A stretch of DNA of 64,000 bases from an uncultured Gammaproteobacteria bacterium (GTDB lineage Bacteria; Patescibacteriota; Microgenomatia; CAYQLK01), in assembly GCA_964445355.1 (NCBI GenBank), contig CAYUKQ010000001.1, forward strand, positions 12,277 through 76,276. The letters are read 5' to 3'. How positions within the stretch are numbered: position 1 is the first letter of the stretch; every line of letters starts with the position of its first letter. A program made the translations under genes and the position numbers. Positions 57,213 to 64,000 of this stretch are shown one piece after another. The notes beneath the pieces are model-generated. The model saw only the letters and a program-made list of their open reading frames with translations. It did no database searches and was not told the DNA's origin.

Positions 57213-58931
57213 ATGCTCCTGCCCAATGAAGATCTAAAAAAATCACTACTAGAATCAGGTTATGTCAACGAATCCCAATATGCTGATGCACTAAATGCGT
57301 CAAGAATGTTTAAGCAGCCGGTAATAGAAATTATTCTTTCGCGCGGGTTAATTCAAGAAGAGACGCTGGGTGAAGTTCTTTCAAAAACTTCAGGATTTCC
57401 CTTTGCTCCCTTAAAAACCAAAATTGATCCCAAAATTCTTAACATTATCCCCCCGGGGTTCGCTAACAAAAACCGTTGCATCATATTCGATATCAAAGAT
57501 AACGAATTGCAAATCGCTACATCCGATCCGGAAAATCATACAGCGTTTAATCAAATTCAGCTTAAAACCGGCAAAAGTATTAGGTTGTTTTTTACTTTGC
57601 CTTCGATTCTCAACAAGGCTATGGGTCAATACAGGCAGGATATTGCTGAAGGTTTCAAATCCGAAATTACCAAAACCGCTTCACTTGCGGCAAGCTCAGC
57701 CGGTCCCAAAATAGGAGAAAATATTAATGTTGTTAGAACTTTTGACAAAATTTTGCAATTCGCTGCAGCCAAAAATGCTTCAGATATTCACATTGTCGGC
57801 TATCAATCAAGGGTGATTATTAGGTTTAGGATCAATGGTAGACTAAAAGATATCTTAGAGCTACCAAAAAGTATCCAATCAGGTTTGATCGCCAGAATTA
57901 AAATCCTTTCTTCACTCAAGATCGATGAACACCGTGTTCCTCAAGACGGGCGATTCAGATTCGACTACTTAACAGAACAGTACTCAGTTCGTGTTTCAAT
58001 TTTACCTTTATCCACTGGGGAGGATGCAGTCCTTCGTCTACTTTCTGACTCATCCGCCCCAAAAAGCCTTGAAGAAATTGGTCTCCGGGGCAAAAATTTA
58101 GAATTAATGAAAATTGAATTAGAGAAACCTCAAGGTATGATTCTATCAACCGGACCGACCGGCTCAGGTAAAACGACCACGCTATACAATCTCTTAAAAA
58201 TTCTTAATAAAGAAGATGTAAATATTATTACGATTGAAGATCCAGTTGAGTACACGATCGATCGTGTTAATCAGATTCAGGTTAATTCGACCACTGGTCT
58301 TACATTTGCATCCGGACTAAGATCAATACTCCGTCATGATCCGGATATTATTTTGGTGGGTGAAATTAGAGATGCTGAAACTGCTGATATCGCCATTCAC
58401 TCAGCTCTAACCGGGCACTTGGTATTGTCAACGTTACACACCAACGACGCGCCCACAGCTATTCCCAGATTTGAAGATCTTGGAATTGAACCATTCTTAT
58501 TAGCATCAACATTATCAGTAATTATTGCTCAGCGACTTGTAAGAAGATTAGACCCCAACAAAATAGAAAGTTATCAGGTTCCACAGAGTATTATCGATCG
58601 TTTTAGTCAATATCTCGGTTCAGAGGCGTCAACACAATTATTAACCAAAACCAGCTTTTATAAACCAAGAGAAGATGTCGATCCGGAAGAAGTGTTTATT
58701 GGTAGAATTGCTGTATTCGAAATCCTTAAAATAACTCCTAAAATCCGTGAACTTATTCAAAACAAAGCATCGTTAGAAGAGTTAACTGCTCAAGCCAGAA
58801 TTGAAGGCTTTACTACAATGTTAGAAGATGGGATCGATAAAGCCGCCGCTGGTTTAACAACTTTAGAGGAAGTTCTTGACGCAGTATCAGAAAGCGTTGA
58901 TTATGACGATCAATCTGAAAAAAAATCATAA
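57213..58931 (+). CDS. pilB: Type IV pilus assembly / type II secretion ATPase (PilB/GspE family)
   Basis: N-terminal T2SSE_N-like domain. Walker A GPTGSGKTTT. Asp box, Walker B ILVGEIRD, His box HTNDAPTAIPR. Confidence 0.9.
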   Translation: MLLPNEDLKKSLLESGYVNESQYADALNASRMFKQPVIEIILSRGLIQEETLGEVLSKTSGFPFAPLKTKIDPKILNIIPPGFANKNRCIIFDIKDNELQIATSDPENHTAFNQIQLKTGKSIRLFFTLPSILNKAMGQYRQDIAEGFKSEITKTASLAASSAGPKIGENINVVRTFDKILQFAAAKNASDIHIVGYQSRVIIRFRINGRLKDILELPKSIQSGLIARIKILSSLKIDEHRVPQDGRFRFDYLTEQYSVRVSILPLSTGEDAVLRLLSDSSAPKSLEEIGLRGKNLELMKIELEKPQGMILSTGPTGSGKTTTLYNLLKILNKEDVNIITIEDPVEYTIDRVNQIQVNSTTGLTFASGLRSILRHDPDIILVGEIRDAETADIAIHSALTGHLVLSTLHTNDAPTAIPRFEDLGIEPFLLASTLSVIIAQRLVRRLDPNKIESYQVPQSIIDRFSQYLGSEASTQLLTKTSFYKPREDVDPEEVFIGRIAVFEILKITPKIRELIQNKASLEELTAQARIEGFTTMLEDGIDKAAAGLTTLEEVLDAVSESVDYDDQSEKKS

Positions 58932-58938
58932 ATAAAAA

Positions 58939-60018
58939 ATGAATTTCTCAATACCGCTCTTTAACCCGAATCCTATACCGACAAAAACTAAAATTGAATT
59001 TTTTCAGAATCTAGCAACCATGATTGATGCTGGCATCCCAATTGATCAAGCAATCAGATCAATTGTTGAGGATAATGAAAAATCATCAAAAAATATAGTA
59101 TTTAACACTCTTGTTAAAAACCTTGAATCCGGCAAGTCACTTAATGAGGGTATGGCGAATTTCCCAATGTACTTCAGTAGATCTGAAGTATCCGTTGTCA
59201 AAGCTGGTGAAGTTGGTGGTACACTGACCGACTCACTAAGAATTTTAGTTAGAACCCTAAAAGAACAGGAATTTATTAAAAAATCAATTAAATCCGCCAT
59301 GACATACCCAGGTATGGTCATGGGGGTGATGGCAGTGGTAAGTACAGTTCTGGTATTGTTTGTGATTCCCAGACTGGGTGAAACGTTTCTAAGATTAAAT
59401 GTCAAAATTCCATTACCGACCCAGATTCTAATACATGTATCTCTTTTTCTTCAAAAAAACCAAATACTTTCGATTCTTGGAATCATATTGATTACTGTAC
59501 TGTTGATACTATACGCTCGAAGCAATCTTGGTAGGAAATCGCTTATTTGGATTTTATCCAAAATACCTGTAACAAAACGTATTATGCTTGAAATCGATCT
59601 GGCTCGAGTTTCAACCATTTTTTCTTCTCTACTAACTTCAGGAATTCCAATTCTTGAAGTTTTAGATCTTACCAGGGAGACATTAATTTTACCCGAGGTC
59701 AAACGGAGTATTACTCAAATATCACGAGATTTAGCCTCTGGTTCTACTTTAGAAGCGGCATTCGACAAACACCGCAAAATATATCCTTCGACCTTTCGGC
59801 GGATATTGGCAACAGGAGAAAAATCAGGAACTCTGGAAACATCGATGTCGCAAGTATTTGAATATTATTCAACTTCGGTAACAGATAAGCTGAAAAACAT
59901 TTCAGTAATTATTGAGCCTGTTATTTTGATAGTGATCGCACTCGGAGTAGGTGGGTTGATTATTTCTTTTATTGGTCCAGTTTATGAACTTATCGGATCG
60001 TTAAACAAAGCAGTATGA
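58939..60018 (+). CDS. pilC: Type IV pilus / T2SS platform protein (PilC/GspF family, single-repeat form)
   Basis: GspF-domain hallmarks (MIDAGIPIDQAIRSI) and 3 TM helices. 359 aa. Confidence 0.8.
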   Translation: MNFSIPLFNPNPIPTKTKIEFFQNLATMIDAGIPIDQAIRSIVEDNEKSSKNIVFNTLVKNLESGKSLNEGMANFPMYFSRSEVSVVKAGEVGGTLTDSLRILVRTLKEQEFIKKSIKSAMTYPGMVMGVMAVVSTVLVLFVIPRLGETFLRLNVKIPLPTQILIHVSLFLQKNQILSILGIILITVLLILYARSNLGRKSLIWILSKIPVTKRIMLEIDLARVSTIFSSLLTSGIPILEVLDLTRETLILPEVKRSITQISRDLASGSTLEAAFDKHRKIYPSTFRRILATGEKSGTLETSMSQVFEYYSTSVTDKLKNISVIIEPVILIVIALGVGGLIISFIGPVYELIGSLNKAV

Positions 60019-60503
60019 TGCCTAATATAAGTAGGATTAAGACCGGATTTACACTGGTAGAGGTTGTTCTGGTTGTGACAATTTTAGGTCTTGTCGTTGT
60101 ATTTAGCTCAGTTGTATTTAGTAATCAGCAAAACCAAACTAGTTTGGAAAGCACGATACTTGAAGTGAATTCATCAATCAGAGAGGTGCAAAATAAATCC
60201 TTGTCTCAATCTCAGGATATTTCCAGTGACGAAAATTTTGGCATATATTTTTCAACTAATTCATATACTACTTTTAAGGGAAACAGCTATTCAGTCAATA
60301 ACCCAACGAATTTTACGGTTAATTTTGGATCAGGTATCATACTTTCTTCAATCAATTTTCCCAACTCACAACTTATCTTCGATCGGCTTACGGGCAAGCT
60401 AACATCCTATTCAGATTCACAAAACACAATAGTATTCTCAACATTTGATAATGCAACAAAGACACTAACAATCAATCCATATGGCGCAATTACGATTGAA
60501 TAA
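60015..60503 (+). CDS. Prepilin-type (pseudo)pilin
   Basis: G|FTLVEVVLVVTILGLVVV N-terminal methylation motif with Glu+5. Confidence 0.75.
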   Translation: MMPNISRIKTGFTLVEVVLVVTILGLVVVFSSVVFSNQQNQTSLESTILEVNSSIREVQNKSLSQSQDISSDENFGIYFSTNSYTTFKGNSYSVNNPTNFTVNFGSGIILSSINFPNSQLIFDRLTGKLTSYSDSQNTIVFSTFDNATKTLTINPYGAITIE

Positions 60504-62337
60504 AGGAATTGCCCTAATAGAATTATTAATTGCGATTGCAATATCATCGATCATTATCGGTTTAGCGATTCAAGTCATGACTCTGGTTAGGTCTACTTTT
60601 TTATCATCAAATATCCGATATACATCTAGGGATTTACTTGATAGTACTGTTGATATTATCCGATCGATCAAAGAGTCTGATTGGGATATTCTCACAATTG
60701 ACGGAGTTTATCACCCGGTGATATCCGGAGAGCAATGGACTCTTACTCCTGGCGACGAACAGATCTCGGGAACCCAGTTTAATAGATCAGTTGAAATACT
60801 CAGTGTTTGTCGAGATGAATCACTTGCTGTGGTTACATGTCCAGCGGGCACGAACGACCCAGATTCCAGGACGGTAAATATTGATATTTCCTGGACTAGC
60901 CCAATTCCAGGATCAATCAGCAGTAGTCAGTTATTAACCAGGTACGCAGGCAATGGTTTTTGGAATCAGTCCACTACGACAGATTATAATTCAGGTGAAA
61001 AAAAGAACCTTCTTACCACCACTGTCGATGATGGGGAGTTGGCACTGGAATCAAACAACGGGCCGGGGTGGTCATCATCAAGTCGGGTAGGCAACATTAA
61101 TATTACTAACTCCCAAGTTGTGAATAGTCATTATATTTACGATAGTAAGCTTTTTCTTGTCAAAGACAATGATCCTGGTGGTCAAGAACTATTAATTTAC
61201 AGTCTGTCTAATCCGGCAAGTCCAGGACTTATTTCTGCAACCGAGCTTGGTGCAAACGGCAAAAAAATTATTGTTCAAAACGGTTATGCATATGTCGCCA
61301 CATCGGATGATAGCCAAGAATTAAAAATATTTAACATTTCCGACCCAACTTCACCTTTACCAATTGGTAATCTCAACTTAAGTGGTTCAACGGATGCCAC
61401 GAATCTCGCACTTTCTGGTTCTAGACTATATCTAATTAGAGCGCTTGATGTAACCGAGAACGAATTTTACACAATAAACATATCCAACCCCGCTCTTCCA
61501 TCACTTGTCTCCTCCCAAAATTTTACCGATACCATAAGTGATATTGCTGTCGACGGAAAATATGCTTATATATCAACATACATTAATAACGCCGAAGTAA
61601 CCGTGATCGATCTTACGATAAATTATCCTACAGACAATAATATTGTTGAAGAATACGACATCAGTGGCAATGAAGATACCAGAGCAATTAATTTTCTCTA
61701 CCCTAATATTTATGTTGCTTCATCGCAAAACAAGATCTACATTCTCAACGCCCAAAACCCCCAAGCTATTTCAGAGCTTACCCAGTTTAATCTTAATAAT
61801 ATCGGCGATATCTATATAGCAGACAATAAAGCATTTTTTACAGACTTAACTTCGGGCACAGGACTCTATATTTATGATATTTCAACACCTTCATCGCCCT
61901 CAAGTGTTGGTAATCATGCTGTAGGTGCTAACGCATATACAGTTATTACAAACGGCTCATATGCTTACGTACTTAACCAATCGAACTCTCGCGAGTTAAT
62001 CGTGGTTAATGGCGGCGGTACCGCAAACGTGACATATGGAGAATTTATTTCCCAAACTTTTGATACTGGTAATGGTTTGACTACAATTCAATCAGTTTCT
62101 TGGAATGCTGACTTGCCCGTCGGTACACAAATTGAATTTCAGATCGGCGTTAACTCACTCGGTTATGCGTTTGAGTTTGTTGGCCCGGACGGGACACCGG
62201 ACACCTATTTCACCTCCACAGGTTCTTACCCACTATCATCTTCCGATGGTCAATATATTAAGGTCAAGGCCATTCTGTCTGGTGACGGAACAGCCACACC
62301 AACCATTGAAGATATTAGATTAACTTATATACAGTGA
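60481..62337 (+). CDS. Prepilin-type N-terminus fused to an LVIVD-repeat beta-propeller domain (putative tip/minor pilin adhesin)
   Basis: N-terminal KGIALIELLIAIAISSIIIGLA prepilin-like helix. At least 5 LVIVD-type repeats (NGYAYVATSDDSQELKIFNISDPTSP; SRLYLIRALDVTENEFYTINISNPALP; GKYAYISTYINNAEVTVIDLT; LYIYDISTPSSPS; SYAYVLNQSNSRELIVVNGG). 618 aa. Confidence 0.7.
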   Translation: MAQLRLNKGIALIELLIAIAISSIIIGLAIQVMTLVRSTFLSSNIRYTSRDLLDSTVDIIRSIKESDWDILTIDGVYHPVISGEQWTLTPGDEQISGTQFNRSVEILSVCRDESLAVVTCPAGTNDPDSRTVNIDISWTSPIPGSISSSQLLTRYAGNGFWNQSTTTDYNSGEKKNLLTTTVDDGELALESNNGPGWSSSSRVGNINITNSQVVNSHYIYDSKLFLVKDNDPGGQELLIYSLSNPASPGLISATELGANGKKIIVQNGYAYVATSDDSQELKIFNISDPTSPLPIGNLNLSGSTDATNLALSGSRLYLIRALDVTENEFYTINISNPALPSLVSSQNFTDTISDIAVDGKYAYISTYINNAEVTVIDLTINYPTDNNIVEEYDISGNEDTRAINFLYPNIYVASSQNKIYILNAQNPQAISELTQFNLNNIGDIYIADNKAFFTDLTSGTGLYIYDISTPSSPSSVGNHAVGANAYTVITNGSYAYVLNQSNSRELIVVNGGGTANVTYGEFISQTFDTGNGLTTIQSVSWNADLPVGTQIEFQIGVNSLGYAFEFVGPDGTPDTYFTSTGSYPLSSSDGQYIKVKAILSGDGTATPTIEDIRLTYIQ

Positions 62338-62855
62338 TGAAAAATATAATAAACAGATTACGATTTTTTAAGGTTACCAGTCGCCAAGGCACAACATTTG
62401 TCGAGGTATTGCTATACATTGCATTGCTTTCAATCGTTATTGTTTTTATAACTGACATTATTCTACAAACGCTTAACTTTATGATTGAATCTCGGAATAT
62501 CTCCTATTTAGATTCGGACGCTCGATTTATTAGCACGAAGTTAAGAAACGATCTACGAAAAGCCGATACGATTTCAGTACCTACAACAATTGGAGAGACC
62601 TCCAATAGTATTACTTTTGAATATGAGAGCGATAACTATACTTATAGCCTTAGTGATGGAATTTTACAGATCACCGATCCGAATGGCACATACCGTATTA
62701 ATTCTGACCAAACTACGGTTAGCAGTTTTTCAGTTACAAATAGGAGTTATGCTCTTGGTGCCACTACGCTCGATTTTGATATAGTCTTAAATTCCAGAAC
62801 TGTTTCAAGCAGTATAGATCAAATTAACCTTAATTTTACTGTCAATAATCGATAA
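62334..62855 (+). CDS. Prepilin-type pseudopilin
   Basis: QG|TTFVEVLLYIALLSIVIV with Glu+5. ATGA overlap with the upstream gene. Confidence 0.65.
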   Translation: MMKNIINRLRFFKVTSRQGTTFVEVLLYIALLSIVIVFITDIILQTLNFMIESRNISYLDSDARFISTKLRNDLRKADTISVPTTIGETSNSITFEYESDNYTYSLSDGILQITDPNGTYRINSDQTTVSSFSVTNRSYALGATTLDFDIVLNSRTVSSSIDQINLNFTVNNR

Positions 62856-62860
62856 ATATA

Positions 62861-63238
62861 ATGAATAACAAAAATAATCTTGGATCAGCATTACTTGCAG
62901 TTATTATTGTTTCGGCCATAGCCACGGTAATTTTTACCTCCGCGTCAACCACCTTAATTGGACAGATGCTACAGTCGCAAACATCAATTAACAGTACTAG
63001 ATCATATCTACTCACAGAATCAGGGATCGAAGAAGCGATTCTTAACCTATTACGTAATCAAAATTATGCTGGTGGAACTTTTAATTTAGACAATAATGAG
63101 ATTACAATTAACGTAAGTGGATCAAACCCAAAAACTATTACATCGACAACGGGGTTTGGTAATACTAAAAGAACAATTGAGGTTGTTGTCTCATACTCTG
63201 AGAACAATTTGTCGGTAATTTCCTGGAAAGAAATATAA
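62861..63238 (+). CDS. Pilin-like protein with N-terminal hydrophobic helix (non-canonical: no Glu+5)
   Basis: LGSALLAVIIVSAIATVIF N-terminus. Sits inside the pilus operon. Confidence 0.5.
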   Translation: MNNKNNLGSALLAVIIVSAIATVIFTSASTTLIGQMLQSQTSINSTRSYLLTESGIEEAILNLLRNQNYAGGTFNLDNNEITINVSGSNPKTITSTTGFGNTKRTIEVVVSYSENNLSVISWKEI

Positions 63239-63241
63239 TCT

Positions 63242-64000
63242 ATGTCCATACTGCCCAATAGTCAAATATCACTCCTTATCAATAAACAGAAACTGACCAT
63301 TTTTGAAAAAATTGGTGAAAACGGTAAGGTTATAGATTTTAATCAATCTAAAGAAAAAATTGTCAGTGAAATCAGCGCTGCAATCAATTCAAAACAATCT
63401 CCCAATAAACAAATTAATCTTAACCTAATTTTTGGTTCAGATTTAACCTTCATCTATTCATCAAAAAAGTCCCCGAGTGAGCTTTTTGTACTCTCTGATC
63501 AAGTTTTACCCTACACAACAGATGAAGCGGAATACTTTGTTTCACTTGGAAAAGCAGTGAATACATTATTTGCATGTCCTAATCCAGTCAAAAATCTGCT
63601 CTACGAATCACTGGGTAAGAATCTAATAATTATTAAGAATTATCCGTTAATTTTTTTATTTTCACCAAAATATTTAATTAAAATTCCTAATCAGTCCAGG
63701 TTTGTATTAACAGTCTTAGAAGTGAGTAATCAAATTTTTACAATGGTTAACTTCAAAGACGAGTTGGTGGATTTTCAAATTTATTCCAAATCAGACATTA
63801 ATTTATTGATTAATAATTTAGTTAAATATTACAATTCTGACCCTGACTTTAATATTCAAATAGATACTATCGTCGTTAACTCAGAAACTAATATTCAATT
63901 CGACAACATTCGAACTATAAGACTTACTCAAAACATTGAATCAATTGATAGTGTAATAATTTCAAATTTTCATAAGGCTAAGCACCCAACGCTGATTACA
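63242..64000 (+). CDS. Hypothetical protein, 3'-truncated by window end. Operon position suggests a pilus-assembly (PilM-like?) role.
   Basis: Open reading frame from ATG 63242 to the end of the window with no stop. N-terminal ISLLINKQKLTIFEKIG loosely resembles the PilM start. Confidence 0.5.
   Translation, partial: MSILPNSQISLLINKQKLTIFEKIGENGKVIDFNQSKEKIVSEISAAINSKQSPNKQINLNLIFGSDLTFIYSSKKSPSELFVLSDQVLPYTTDEAEYFVSLGKAVNTLFACPNPVKNLLYESLGKNLIIIKNYPLIFLFSPKYLIKIPNQSRFVLTVLEVSNQIFTMVNFKDELVDFQIYSKSDINLLINNLVKYYNSDPDFNIQIDTIVVNSETNIQFDNIRTIRLTQNIESIDSVIISNFHKAKHPTLIT

Noticed and set aside
1-64000. CRISPR arrays, rRNA genes, IS elements/transposases, integrases
   Set aside because: No regularly spaced direct repeats were found. 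No long stretches resemble 16S/23S/5S. No ORF carries DDE/HUH transposase or tyrosine-recombinase motifs. The only mobility-suggestive signals are the compositional islands and the tRNA-fragment repeat.

Overview
This is a low-GC (roughly 35-40%), gene-dense bacterial chromosome segment. Its gene content and architecture suggest a Patescibacteria (CPR-like) lineage: many tRNA synthetases (AspRS, GluRS, LysRS, SerRS), truncated RelA/SpoT, class II B12 ribonucleotide reductase with NrdR, SecA, Lon, GreA, H+-pyrophosphatase, a polyprenyl synthase, Lgt, short tightly coupled genes, and a long type IV pilus/T2SS-like operon. Two tRNAs (Gln, Glu) lie on the minus strand.

The four observations most worth a second look:

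1. **A compact TOMM/LAP-type RiPP cluster (19.37-23.61 kb).** It has two paralogous Cys/Ser/Thr-rich precursor peptides, a stand-alone YcaO cyclodehydratase, a SagB/McbC-type dehydrogenase and a translationally coupled ABC-F ATPase. No E1-like/RRE partner protein is present.
2. **Three sharply bounded high-GC (about 60%) ORFs in the AT-rich background.** These are a 4-TM membrane protein at 14.42-14.85 kb next to tRNA-Gln and a duplicated tRNA 5' fragment, and a Cys-rich protein plus class I fructose-bisphosphate aldolase at 35.03-36.50 kb. Each sits behind a near-consensus AT-rich sigma70-like promoter and an SD and ahead of its own intrinsic terminator. This mosaic is hard to explain by simple HGT.
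3. **A VKOR-domain::class 2 dihydroorotate dehydrogenase fusion (11.87-13.43 kb).**
4. **A pilus operon (54.55-64.0 kb) containing a prepilin fused to an LVIVD-repeat beta-propeller,** plus a second pilin locus with a 704-aa surface protein carrying internal repeats.

No CRISPR array, rRNA or obvious transposase was seen. All functional calls are from by-eye motif recognition, with no searches run.
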